Below, one piece after another: positions 37,905 to 50,700 of a stretch of 64,000 nt of DNA. Numbering within the stretch: position 1 is the first letter of the stretch; the number at the start of each line of letters is the position of its first letter. The notes under the pieces are model-generated. The model saw only the letters and a list, made by a program, of their open reading frames with translations, did no database searches and was not told the origin of the DNA. Both the position numbers and the translations under genes were made by a program. Origin of the DNA: Mustelus asterias (lineage: Eukaryota); contig NW_027590138.1 of the NCBI RefSeq assembly GCF_964213995.1, forward strand, positions 1,240,001 to 1,304,000, read 5' to 3'.

Positions 37905-38178
37905 TTTGATTTGATTGGATTTATTATTGTCAAATATATACAGTGAAAAGTATTGTTTCTTGCGCGCTATACAGACAAAGCATAACATTCATGGAGAAGG
38001 AAAGGAGAGAGTGCAGAATGTAGTGTTACAGTCATAGCTAGGGTGTAGAGAAAGATCAACTTAGTGCGAGGTAAGTCCATTCAAAAATCTGATGGCAGCA
38101 GAGAAGAAGCTGTTCTTGAGTCGGTTGGTATGTGACTTCAAGATTTTATATCTTTTTCCCGACAGAAGAAGGTGGAAG
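37905..38178 (-). mobile_element. Rex1-like LINE 3' end (continues at 40012-40140)
   Basis: Reverse complement of 39735-40010 including the (ATCAA)n tail. Confidence 0.85.
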
Positions 38179-40011
38179 GTGGACACTGACCTTCACAAGA
38201 AAGCCAGATACGATCGAAGGAGATCCATCAAAGATGCCAAAAGACAATACCTGACCAAGTTAGAGTCCCAGGCTAGCCACACCAAACCCAATTATGGCAA
38301 GGTCTGCAAGACATAACAGTCTACAAAATGAAGGCATGTAAAATTGCCGGCTCCAACGCACCCCTCCCTGATGAGATCAATGCATTCTATGTCCGTTTTG
38401 AGAAAGTGGTCAGCAAGTGCATGCCCTCCACCCTGGAAGCCCTGGATGAACCTGTATCTGGGGTCACCACTTCAGATGTCAGAGCAGCTTTCTTGAAGGT
38501 CAACCCACGGAAAGCAACTGACCCAGGTGGGGTACCCGGAAATGCACTCAGATCATGCATGGATTAGCTGGCAGAGGTATTCACAGACATCTTCAACCTC
38601 TCTTTACAAGAATCTGAGGTCCCTATCTGCTTCAAGAAGATGACCATAATCCCGGTACTTAAGAAAAATCAAGCAGCATGCCTTAATGACTATCGGCCGG
38701 TGGCTCTGACATCCATCATTATCAAGTGCTTCGAAAGGTTAGTCATGGCACAAATCAATTCCAGCCTCCCAGACTACCTGGATCCACTACAGTTTGCCTA
38801 CCACTGCAACAGGTCCACAGCAGATGCCATTTCCCTGGCCTTGCACTCAACCCTGGAACACAGAGATAACAAGGACACCTATGTCAGACTCCTATTTATT
38901 GACTACAGCTCAGCCTTCAACACTATTATTCCCAAGAAACTCCTCTCCAAACTCCATGGCCTGGGCCTCGGCACCTCCTTCTCCGACTGGATCCTGAACT
39001 TCCTAACTCATAGACCACAATCAGTAAGGATAGGTAACAGCACCTACTCCATGATCATCCTCAACACTGGTGCCCCACAAGGTTGTGTTCTCAGCCCCCT
39101 ACTATACTCCTGATACACCTATGACTGTGCGGAAAAATTCCCCTCCAATTCAATTTTCAAGTTTGATGATGACACCACCGTAGTGGGATAGATCTCAAAC
39201 AATGACAAGACAGAGTACAGGAATGAGATAGAGAATCTGGTGAACTGGTGCGGCAACAAAAATCTCTCCCTCAATTTCAACAAAACAAAGGAGATTGTCA
39301 TCAACTTCAGGAAGCGTAAATGAAAACATGCTCCTTTCTACATCAATGGGGATGAAGTAGAAAGGGTCGAGAACTTCAAGTTTTTAGGTGTCCAGATCAC
39401 CAACAATCTGTCCTGGTCCCCCCATGCCGACACTATAGTTAAGAAAGCCCACCAGCGCCTCTACTTTCTCAGAAGACTAAGGAAATTTGGCATGTCAGCT
39501 ACGACTCTCACCAACTTTAACAGATGCACCATAGAAAGCATTCTTTCTGCTGTATCACAGCTTGGTATGGCTCCTGCTCTGCCCAACACCGCAAGGAACT
39601 ACAAAAGGTCGTGAATGTAGCCCAATCCATCACGCAAACCAGCCTCCCATCCATTGACTCTGTCTGCACTTCCTGCTGCCTCGGCAAAGCAGCCAGCATA
39701 ATTAAGGACCCCACGCATCGCAGACATTCTCTCTTCCACCTTCTTCCTTTGGGAAAAAGATACAAAAGTCTGAGGTCACGTACCAACCGACTCAAGAACA
39801 GCTTCTTCCCCACTGCTGTCAGGCTTTTGAATGGACTTACCTTGCATTAAGTTGATCTTTCTCTACACCCTAGCTATGACCGTAACACTACATTCTGCAC
39901 TCTCTCCTTTCCTTCTCTATGAACGGCATGCTTTGGCTGTATAGCGTGCAAGAAACAATACTTTTCACTGTATGTTAATACATGCGACAAAAAAAGATCA
40001 AATCAAATCAA
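38179..40011 (+). mobile_element. Rex1/Babar-like LINE, 5'-truncated and degenerate
   Basis: [51 protein letters not shown]; (ATCAA)n tail. Confidence 0.9.
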
Positions 40012-41494
40012 AGAGGGTATGCCCGTGGTGCGTGGGGTCTTTAATTATGCTGCTGCTTTGCCAAGGCAGCGGGAAGTGTAGGCATGGATGGGAGGCTGGT
40101 TTGCGTGATGGATTGGGCTACATTCACAACCTTTTGTAGCTTCTTCCTGTATTGGGTGAATAACAAGGCTCCCAACACCGACCCCTGAGGCACGCCACGA
40201 GTCATAGGCCTCCAAGGATATGAAATACATTCAGGGCCAGAAAGGAGAAGTTTGTTTTTCAGAGTGGAGGGAAGCTTTCAGCAGTGTGACCCCCAGGGCT
40301 CAGTGTTGGCACCATTGCTCTCATTGATACATATTCATACCTGGACTTGGAACACAGGACAGAACTTCAATTTTTTCACAGGATTCAAAACTCAGATATA
40401 CGGGAAATAGTGAGGAGGATAATAAAACTTCAGGAGAACACAGAGAGATTGGAAGAAATGGAAATATAGATGGAGAGGTTAATAACAAACTTCAGGAGGA
40501 CAGAGACTGGGGAAAATGGAGATGTAGGAAACAGTGAGGAGAACAGTAACAAACTTCAGAAGGTCAGAGAGACTGGCAAACCTGGCTGACATATAGCAGA
40601 TAGAACGTATATATCATACTGCTTGGAACATCTTACATCCTTAACAACTCTGGGAACATTGTCTGTATGATCAGGATGGTGCTACATAAAGCCAATGGGA
40701 AATTGATTTAGAAATAGTCTAGGGAAGAAAGCAATAGGGGAAACAGCAGTGAGAGAAACAGCAGTGAGAAAGGACACATGAACACAAGACTGAGGTTGGT
40801 TGACTGCTGGAGCAGTAAAAAAACTGGGTGACATGAAATATCGATCATTAATAGTACTGGAATAAATGTGTCTTGAAGACAATTAGCTAAAAAAATGATT
40901 AAAATACATGTGCGATGTAATAAACATGGAATATACAAACAAAGTGCATTTATTGTGTTTTCCTAGCTGAGGGTGCCAAAGGGTCTGCAGTTTCACAATC
41001 AACACTGTTACGGAATGTTTTACACCATTTTTCAGTGCCATTGATTTATGTCGGTAAAATCTGTGCATTTCTGTGTTGATTATATGGGAATAACAGCAAT
41101 GTTTTGGGATTAAATTGGAGACACGACTATCAAAATGTCAGCAATCAGCTATTTTAATATAGGGACAGTTAACACTCCTTTGAAACGTTTTGATTGTTGT
41201 TCAGGTGCTATAAAAATGCAAGTAATTTCCTGTAGAAAAAGACTGAATTCCCTGTCTGAGCTCAGAACAGATGATACAGTCACACAGCAGATTGACCACT
41301 CAGCAGCTGAATGTGGGAAGAGAAGCACTCGATCATCCCATTTACTGACAGAACAGCTGTTGGAGAGAGACCACTCACATATTTCACGTTAGTGAGCTCG
41401 TTTTGTTATTTTCCCAACTGTTCACACTCCAGATTAAGGCTTTCATGCATGGACAGCATATTCTTACGGGAGAGACGCTGTTTAAATGTTTCAA

Positions 41495-41795
41495 GTTTAA
41501 AGTTTGTTTATTAGTGTCACAAGTAGGCTAACATCAACACTGCAATGTAGTTACTGTGAAAATCCCCTAGTCGCCACACTCCAGCGCCTGTTCAGGTGCA
41601 CTGAGGGAGAATTTAGAATGGCCAATGCACCTAATCAGCACGTCTTTTGGACTGTGGGAGGAAACCAGAGCACCCAGAGGAAACCCACGCAGACACAGGG
41701 AGAACATGCAAACTCCACACAGACAGTGACCCAAGCCAGGAATTGAACCTGGGCCCCTGGTGCTGTCAGGCAGCAGTGCTAACCACTGTCCCATG
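41495..41795 (-). mobile_element. V-SINE with alternative 3' tail
   Basis: HE1-type head/core followed by GTGTGGCGACTAGGGGATTTTCACAGTAAC...CCTACTTGTGACACTAATAAA. Confidence 0.82.
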
Positions 41796-42019
41796 TATAG
41801 GTAGAGATTCACTTGTTAATCATACCTGCCGAAATATTAGTGAGTTCATTTGTGACTATCATGGATGTTTAGAATTATTTCCACCGTTTTGGTGATTCTC
41901 GATTTCTGACAGTTCCAAGCCCCCTTCTTTGAACTTGGATAATGGACCTTGCATTTTAATTTCTATGTTCCCTAATTTTATTAATGGTCCTTCAGCCCCG
42001 TTTTTCACATTATAATCAA

Positions 42020-43400
42020 AGAGAAATCTCTCCAACTCGATTTTCAAGTTTGCTAATGAACCACAGTAAAGCCAAAGAAAAGCCAAGCAGCGTGCCTTAA
42101 TGACTATCATCCAGTGGTTCTGATATCCATCATTATGAAATACTTTGAAAGGTTAGTCATGGCACGAATCAATTCCAGCCTCCCAGACTGCCTGGATCCA
42201 CTACAGTTTGCCTCGCACCGCAGCAGGTCCACAGCAGACGTCATCTCCCTGGCCATGCACTTAACCCTGGAACACCTAGATAACAAACACACCGATGTCA
42301 GACTCCTATTTATTGACAGCTCAGCCTTCAACAACATTATTCCAACAAAACTCATCTCCAAACTCTGTGGCCTGGGCCTCGGCTCCTCCCTCTGCGATTG
42401 GATCCTGAACTTCCCAACCCATAGACCACAATTAGTAATGATAGGCAACAACACCTCCTCCAAGATCATCCTCAACACCGGTGCCCCACAAGGCTGTGTT
42501 CTCAGCCCCCTATTACACTTCTGATACATCTGTGACTGTGTGGTCAAATTTCCCTCCAACTCGATTTTCAAGTTTGCTGACGACACCACCGGATGGTGGG
42601 TCGGATCTCAAACAATGATGAGACAGAATACCGGAATGAGATAGAGAATCTGGTGAACTGGTGCGGCAACAATAATCTCTCCCTCAATGTCAACAAAATG
42701 AAGAAGATTGTCATTGACTTCAGAAAGTGTAGAGGAGAATATGCCCCTGTCTACAGCAACAGGGACGACGTAGAAAGGGTCGAGATCTTCAAGTTTTTAG
42801 GTGATCGGATCACCAACCTGTCCTGGTCCAACACTATAGTGAAGAAAGCCCACCAACTCCTCTACTTTCTCAGAAGACTAAGGAAATTTGGCATGTCAGC
42901 TATGACTCTCATCAACTTTTACAGATGCATCATAGAAGTCATTCTTTCTGGTTGCATTACAGCTTGGCATGGCTCCTGCTCTGCCCAAGACCACAAGAAA
43001 CTACCAAAGATCGTGAATTAAGCTCAATCCATCACGCAAACCAGTCTCCCATCCATTGACTCTGTCTACACTTCTGGCAAAGCAGCCAGCATAATTAATA
43101 GCCCCACGCACTCCGGACATTCTCTTCTCTTCCACCTTCTTCCGTCAGGAAAAAGATACAAAAGTCTGCAGTCACATACCAACCGACTCAAGAACAGCTT
43201 CTTCCCTGCTGCCATCAGACTTTTGAATAGGCCTACCTTGTCTTAAGTTGATCCTTCTCTGCATCCTAGCTATGACTGTAACACTACATTCTGCATCCTC
43301 TCCTTTCCTTCTCTATGTATGATATGCTTTGTCTATATAGCGCAAGAAAGAATACTTTTCACTGGATACTAATACATGTGGGAATAATAAATCAAATCAA
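42020..43400 (+). mobile_element. Rex1-like LINE, second copy
   Basis: [32 protein letters not shown]; (ATCAA) tail. Confidence 0.9.
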
Positions 43401-43439
43401 AAAACTATTTGTTCTGTTCAATGGCGGGGTGTTTACCCA

Positions 43440-43790
43440 GCATCGCTAGCGGCGGTGAATGTCTCCTATCAACACGAGAGCACCGCGCAGGCGCAGTACT
43501 GCCCCTTGTCTGGAGCATGCGCATTGGGAGTGCTCGGGAAAGGAAGTTGCTTCTTTCTTGTCTCTGCAACGGGTAAGGTAGCGGCGTGTCCGAGCGATCG
43601 TAGGGCGCAGGGGGGTGATCGGAAAAGCTTTATAAATACCAAGTGAAAGCATTAAACCCCGAATAAGAAGCTCGAGGCCAGCCCCGCGGTTGTCCGGAAT
43701 CACACTGCTTCCAGCCGTTACAGACCCTGGTTAAACAGCCGCCATCTTGAGAGGGGGCAGTGTGCAGCGGTGCGCATGCGTGGACAGCCC
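43440..43790 (+). promoter_or_regulatory. CpG promoter and first exon of ZNF-D
   Basis: NRF1-like GCGCAGGCGCA, GCATGCGCA, TGCGCATGCG; ETS GGAAGT; YY1 CGCCATCTT; donor GG|GTAAGG at 43573; acceptor TCACAG|GATTG at 45396. Confidence 0.72.
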
Positions 43791-43929
43791 TGTCAGCAGG
43801 AGGAGAGAATGTTGCTCAGAGTCTGACAGCTCAGAAAGAATGATCCTGTCTGTGCCAGCCAGCAAACAGCTAGCTCGCATTTTCCAGCACTTGATCCATG
43901 GCCTCGTGTGCTGTGGTGTTTCAAAAGCC

Positions 43930-44530
43930 GTCTACATTGAATACAGGAGTTGGGACGTCTTGTTGAATTTGTACAAGACATTGGTAAGGCCACACTTGGA
44001 ATACTGTGTACAGTTCTGGTCACCCTATTATAGAAAGGATATCATTAAACAAAAAAGAGTGCAGAAAAGATTTACTAGGATTCCAATGGGACTTGATGGT
44101 TTGAGTTATCAGGAGAGCTGGATAGACTGGGATTTTTTTCTCTGGAGTGTCGGAGGCTGAGAGGTGACCTTATAGAGGTCTATAAAATAATGAGGGGCAT
44201 AGATCAGCTAGATAGTCAACATCTTTTCCCAAAGGTAAAACTAGAGGGCATAGGTTTAAGGTGAGAGGGGAGAGATACAAAAGTGTCCAGAGGGACAATT
44301 TGTTTCACTCAGAGGGTGGTGAGTGTCTGGAACAAGCTGCCAGAGGTAGTAGTAGAGACAGGTACAATTTTGTCTGTTAAAAAGCGTTTAGACAGTTACG
44401 TGGATAAGATGGCTGTAGAGGGATATGGACCAAACGTGGGTAATTGGGACTAGCTTAGTGGTTTAAAAAAAGGGCGGCATGGATGAGTTAGGTTCCTGTT
44501 TCCATGCTGTAAACCTCTATGACTCAATGA
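43930..44530 (+). mobile_element. CR1 3' fragment
   Basis: LYKTLVRPHLEYCVQFWSP. Confidence 0.88.
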
Positions 44531-44596
44531 CATACTTTTTACTTGTGAGATTTCCTGCCTCTACCACCTTTCCTCTGTTTCTCTCTCCACAGATTC

Positions 44597-44807
44597 TGAC
44601 CAGAATTCTCTGGCCATTCATGCCGTGGGATTCTGCATACCTGCTGGCAGCACACCCCCCGCCCATGGGTATCCCACTGGCATGGGGTGATGTTCATGGG
44701 AATTCCCATCGACAGCAGTGGGACCAGAGAATCCTGCTGCTAGCAAACATCGCGTCTTTTCCCGTCCGCGGGAAACACACTGCTGGGAGGCCGGGGAATC
44801 TTACCCA
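44597..44807. mobile_element. Possible MITE-like element
   Basis: GC-rich insert with imperfect terminal inverted repeats (GAATTCTCTGGCC / GGCCGGGGAATC) splitting a CTCTCCACAGAT|..CTGACCTGCTGAG repeat tail. Confidence 0.5.
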
Positions 44808-45503
44808 CTGTCTGACCTGCTGAGTATTTCCAGCATTTTTTGTGTTTATTTCAGATATCCAGCAGCTGCAATATTTTGCTGGTATTTTATTGTAGGCATT
44901 GCTCACAGAGCCAACTTTAGAAACAAGATTGACCAATTATGAAACAAAAACAAAGAGCTGGAAAATCTCAACAGGTCAGACAGCATCTGTGGAGATGGAG
45001 CCAAAGTTTGAAATGTTGGCTCTGTTCTCTCTCCACAGATCAGCTCCTCTGATCCTTCTTGGGGGTGGAGTTTGAGGGATTGGAAGATTCTGTCAAGGTT
45101 CTGGTTAGTGATGGGTAAATAAAATCCCTATACTTCACCTCCTGCCTCTCCAACATCTTTCTCTCTCCTCCCATAGATCCAATCGTCATGTGTAGACCCA
45201 CACTGGTTGGCACCTCCCTTCCCTGAAGGGCATTGGTGAACCAGTTGGGTTTTTGTGAAAATTGAGCAGTTTTCATGATCACTTTTTCCTCCTGCTGGCC
45301 CCACAAATTACCACATTCATTCAGCTCAATTTCTCAACCTGCCTTTATGTTTTTGTGAACTCTCTCTCACTCCCTTTTTTTTGTTTTAAATCACAGGATT
45401 GTAGAAGAGGAGGATTTACAAGCGGAAAACTCAAATCAAACATCACACCAGAATCTGAGAATCGTCCAATTTGTCATAACCTGAATATCATAGGACTTTC
45501 AAC

Positions 45504-48500
45504 ATGGAAGGAAAAAGCACCATTCACAGTGGAGAGAAACTGTACACGTGTTCTGTGTGTGGACAAAGATTCAGCCAATCATCTGCCCTTTTGAAACACC
45601 AGCGAGCTCACACTGGAGGGAGGCTGTTCATTTGCAGTGTTTGTGGGAAAGGATTTACTCCATCATTTACCCTTCTCAGACACCAGCGAGTTCACACTGG
45701 GGAGAGGCCATTTACCTGCTCTGTGTGTGGGAAGGGATTCACTCAGTTATCCTGCCTGCTAACACACCAACACACTCACACTGGGGAGAGGCTGTTCACC
45801 TGCTCGGAATGTGGGAAGGGATTCATTAATTCAACTAATTTGCTGACACACCAGCGAGTTCACACTGGAGAGAGGCCTTTCACCTGCCCTGCATGTGGCA
45901 AAGGATTCATGAATTCATCCAACCTGCAGAGACACCAACGAGTTCACACTGGGGATACTCCCTGTGTGGGAAGGGATTCACTCAATCATCCCATCTGCAG
46001 AGACACCAGCGAATTCACACTGGGGAGAGGCCATTTACCTGTTCTGATTGTGGGAAGGGATTCACTCAGTTATCCCACTGGCTAAGACACCAGCGAGTTC
46101 ACACGGGGGAAAGGCCATTCACCTGCTCCGAGTGTGGAAAGGGATTCACTCAAGCAAATGACCTACTGAGACACAAACGAGTTCACACTGGGGAGAAGCC
46201 ATTCATCTGCTCTGTGTGTGGAAAGGGGTTCACTCAATCAAATGACCTGCTCAGACACGATCGAGTGCACACTGGGGAGAGACCATTTACCTGCTCTGAG
46301 TGTGGGAAGGGATTCACTCGGTCATCCAACCTATTGGATCACCAGAGAATTCACACTGGGGAGAGACTATTTATCTGCTCTGAGTGTGGGAAGGGATTCA
46401 CTACCTCATCCAGCTGGCAGGGGCACAAGCGAGTTCACACTGAAGCAAGAACTTTGACCTGCACCGAGCCTGGGAAGGGAGTCACAATCTCATCCAGCCA
46501 GCAAGGACACCGGAGAGTTCAGACTGAGGGAAGTCCAGTTACCTGTACTGAGTCTGGAAAGAGAGTCATTCAGTCATCCAACCAGCAGGGACACCGGAGA
46601 GTTCAGACTGAGGAAAGTCCCGTTACCTGCACTGAGGGACGTTCAGTTATCTGCACTGAGGAAAGTTCAGTTACCTGCACTGAGGGAAGTTCAGTTACCT
46701 GCACTGAGGGAAGTCCAGTTACCTGCACTGAGGAAAGTCCCGTTACCTGCACTGAGGGACGTTCAGTTACCTGTACTGAGGAAAGTTCAGTTACCTCTAC
46801 TGAGGAAAGTTCAGTTACCTGCACTGAGGGACGTTCAGTTACCTGTACTGAGGAAAGTTCAGTTACCTGCACTGAGGGAAGTTCAGTTACCTGTACTGAG
46901 GAAAGTTCAGTTACCTGTACTGAGGGAAGTTCAGTTACCTGCACTGAGGGAAGTTCAGTTACCTGTACTGAGGAAAGTTCAGTTACCTGCACTGAGGAAA
47001 GTTCAGTTACCTGCACTGAGGGACGTTCAGTTACCTGTACTGAGGGAAGTTCAGTTACCTGCACTGAGGGAAGTTCAGTTACCTGCACTGAGGGACGTTC
47101 AGTTACCTGCACTGAGGGAAGTTCAGTTACCTGCACTGAGGGACGTTCAGTTACCTGTACTGAGGGAAGTTCAGTTACCTGCACTGAGGGAAGTTCAGTT
47201 ACCTGCACTGAGGGAAGTTCAGTTACCTGTACTGAGGAAAGTTCAGTTACCTGCACTGAGGGACGTTCAGTTACCTGCACTGAGGGAAGTTCAGTTACCT
47301 GTACTGAGGGACGTTCAGTTACCTGCACTGAGGGAAGTTCAGTTACCTGCACTGAGGGACGTTCAGTTACCTGCACTGAGGGGCGTTCAGTTACCTGCAC
47401 TGAGGGGCGTTCAGTTACCTGCACTGAGGGAAGTTCAGTTACCTGCACTGAGGGACGTTCAGTTACCTGCACTGAGGGGCGTTCAGTTACCTGCACTGAG
47501 GGGCGTTCAGTTACCTGCACTGAGGGAAGTTCAGTTACCTGTACTGAGGGACGTTCAGTTACCTGTACTGAGGGAAGTTCAGTTACCTGTACTGAGGGAA
47601 GTTCAGTTACCTGTACTGAGGGAAGTTCAGTTACCTGTACTGAGGGAAGTTCAGTTACCTGTACTGAGGGAAGTTCAGTTACCTGCACTGAGGGAAGACC
47701 AGTTACCTGTACTGAGGGAAGTTCAGTTACCTGCACTGAGGGAAGTTCAGTTACCTGCACTGAGGGAAGACCAGTTACCTGTACTGAGGGAAGTTCAGTT
47801 ACCTGCACTGAGGAAAGTTCAGTTACCTGCACTGAGGGAAGACCAGTTACCTGCTCTGAGTCTGGGAAGGGAGTCATTCAGTCATCCAGCCAGCAGAGAT
47901 GCCACAGAGTTCGCATTGAGGAAAGTCCAGTTACCTGCACAGAGTCTGGGAAGGGATTCATTCCATTATCTAATCTGCTGACAGACGAGCGAGACGACAC
48001 CGATGAAAGACCTTTGAAATGTCCAGACAGTGGGACTTGTTTTCAAAGTTCTGTGGAATTGGTGTCCCATCAATGTGTTCACACTGACGAGAGACTATTC
48101 AGGTGCTCTCACTGTGGGGCTGCGTTCATGCGATCGTCTGACCTCACTGAACACCAATGCACTCACTCTGGGGAAAGGCTCCTCACTTTGCCCAGGTGTG
48201 GAAAGGGATTCACTCAGTCATCCAACCTGCTGACACGCCAGCAAGGTCGCAATGTGAAGAGGCAGTTCACTTGTCCCGAGTGTGGGAAGGGATTTACCCA
48301 GTCAACCAACCTGCTGAGACACCAGCGAGTCCACACTAGGGAGAGGCCATTCCTCTGCTCCGAGTGTGGGAAGGGATTCACTGAGTTATGCAACCTGATG
48401 ACACACCAACGGGTTCACACTGGGGAGAGGCCCTTCCTCTGCTCAGAGTGTGGGAAGGGTTTTATTAATTCCACCAACATGCTGCGACACCAGCGAGTTC

Positions 48501-48784
48501 ACACTGGAGAGAGGCCGTTCACCTGCCTCAATTGTGGGAAGAAATTCACTCAGTTACCACATCTACAGAGACACCAGCGAGTTCACTCAGGGGAGAGGCC
48601 ATTCCCCTGCACTGTGTGTGAGAAGGGATTCGCTCAGTTATCACACCTGGTAAGACACCAACGAGTTCACACTGGGGAGAAACCATTCACCTGCTCCCAG
48701 TGTGGGAAGGAATTCACCCAGTCAAATGACTTGCTGAGACACCAGCGACTTCACACTGAGGAGAGACCATCCATGTGGCTCTGA
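45504..48784 (+). CDS. ZNF-D: ~24 finger units with internal (VTCTEGSS)52 repeat; frameshift near 45955
   Basis: ORF 45504 gives five fingers; a ~13-bp linker deletion (GGGGA^TACTCC) shifts into the 963-aa ORF 45893-48784, which starts at a real ATG; degenerate fingers continue to ~49170. Confidence 0.7.
46607..47854 (+). repeat. 24-bp coding minisatellite x52
   Basis: Unit ACTGAGGGAAGTTCAGTTACCTGC; 1248 bp = 52 x 24, in frame throughout. Confidence 0.97.
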
Positions 48785-49379
48785 GTGTGGGAAGAGATTC
48801 ACTCAGTTATCCAGTCTGCTGAAACACCAGAGAGTTCACACTAGGGAGGTGCTGTCCATCTGCTCTGCATGAGAAAACGGATTCTCTCAGTCATCCTGCC
48901 TGCTTCGATTCACCAGTAATTTCACATTGTGCAAAACCCTTTAAATGCCGGGACTGTGGGAAGTACAATAAATGTTCCTGGGAACTGCAACATCTACATG
49001 TTCATACTGATCAGATACCGTTCAGGTGCTTTCACTGCGGATGCGTCCAAGAAATCATTTCAACTTACAGTACACCAGAACTTTCACAGTGCGGAGAGCC
49101 TCCACCTGCCTTGAATGTGGGAAGGAATTTGCTTATTTATCCCATGTGCTGAGATACCAGCGAGTTCACAATTAACTACAGTGATCAGACTTTGCTGTTG
49201 ATCATGTTCAGGATTGAATTATGTTCATTGGGGTCTGTTTCTGTTGACGTTAGTAAACCCCACCCTAGTTGTAGGGGCTGATCCTCTTGCTAAAAGTCAA
49301 ATAAATCAACTTTGCATCTAATAAGCTTGTACTCTTTTTACTATCTCCGACATCAAGTCAGAAGGTCTCTCCCCTCCCC

Positions 49380-49570
49380 CGTCTCCTCCATCCTCACCTC
49401 CAACAAAAAGTGTGAGGAGCTCATGGAGCTTCTCTGTCACTAAGATTGAGACAATCTGATCAGCTGCCTCTGCTGCTTCCCTCCCTTCCACTGGCCCATT
49501 GGGCTGAACGGCTTCTCCAGTTTCCCCTTGTCTGAGCCCTGAACCCACATCTTCCCCCAGTTTCTCTCTC
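49380..49570 (+). mobile_element. Old L2-like fragment downstream of ZNF-D (paralogs ~53890-53980 and ~58710-59120)
   Basis: Degenerate EELM.FFVTKIETIRSAAS reading. Confidence 0.55.
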
Positions 49571-50049
49571 ATATCCCTTCATGCCCATCTTGTCCATCAG
49601 ACCCACCGTGTGCTCAAAGGGCTGAATGGCCATCCTCTGTGCTGTAACAATTGGCCATCAACCCCAAATTGCTGATCGCCAAACTTACCCACATAAACTG
49701 GGATTGTTCTCACTTTCCAGGTGTTACCCTGACTCCATTAAATATTTGAAATGGGAAACTAGCAAACAATGGTGTGTGGGTTTGTTACTGACATATTGAC
49801 AGAGGTTGATTGTCAGGATGGACATGAACAATCATCACACGGTGTGAATGGTCGGAGCTGGAACTTGGGCTTTGTACCCTATGGTGAAATTTTTCAGAGT
49901 GAGGTAGGGGGAGGGGGTGGGGGGCGGGGAGGAAGGAAAGTGGGGTTGGGGTTATAATCAGATCAGCCATGATCATATTGAATGATGTAATAGCCTCGAA
50001 AAGCTGGGTGGCCTGCTCCTAATTCGTATGTGCATATGTACTTTTTCAG

Positions 50050-50342
50050 AGAATCCCTACAATGCAGAAGGAGGCCATTCTGCCCATCGAGTCTGCACCG
50101 ACCACAATCCCAACTAGGCCCTATCCCCACTTACCCATGCTAATCCCCCTGACACTAGGCTCAATTTAGAATGGCCAATCAACCTAACCTGCACATCTAT
50201 GGACTGTGGGAGGAAACCGGAGCATCCAGAGGAAACGCACGCAGACACGGTGAGAATATGTAAACTCCATACGGACAATGACCCAAGGACTGAATTGAAC
50301 ACGGGTCCCTGGTGCTGTGAGACAGCAGTCTTAACCACTGTG
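50050..50342 (-). mobile_element. HE1-like SINE
   Basis: V-core and CR1-type tail on the minus strand. Confidence 0.85.
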
Positions 50343-50479
50343 ATGACCTATGGTAGGATCTCATCCTCACTTTCCCACATTCAAACAAAGACTAACTGAG
50401 AGTCCATCTGTAATGGCAGCCAGATTGTCCACAATCCCCCGCGCTGTAGAAACTGTTCTATCTGCCGCAGGCTGGCCGG

Positions 50480-50700
50480 GTGGATGGCGCATGCTCGGTC
50501 ATTGACAGGTCACAATACCCGAGTGATTGATGGCAGCTCCGGACCAATAGCAAGAGGGGGCGGGGCTGGAGTACCGAGCGGGAGCGGCTGGTCCTCCAAC
50601 CAGAGTAAATGAGGGGCGGGGCTGAGCTCTGCATCATTGTGAAAGCTGCTTTGTGTCAAACTCCAGGAGAAAACTGGACCTTTCTGTTTGTGGCTTCAAA
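50480..50700. promoter_or_regulatory. Orphan copy of the promoter cassette
   Basis: GCGCATGCTC, GGACCAATAG..GGGGCGGGGC, GGTCCTCCAACCA; continues into sequence shared with 36830-36908. Confidence 0.65.

Noticed and set aside
40680-41480. Possible DNA transposon remnant
   Set aside because: No terminal repeats or transposase motif identifiable
46603-47877. 424-aa antisense ORF (PSVQVTEL)n
   Set aside because: Automatic consequence of a stop-free 24-bp unit; no independent support
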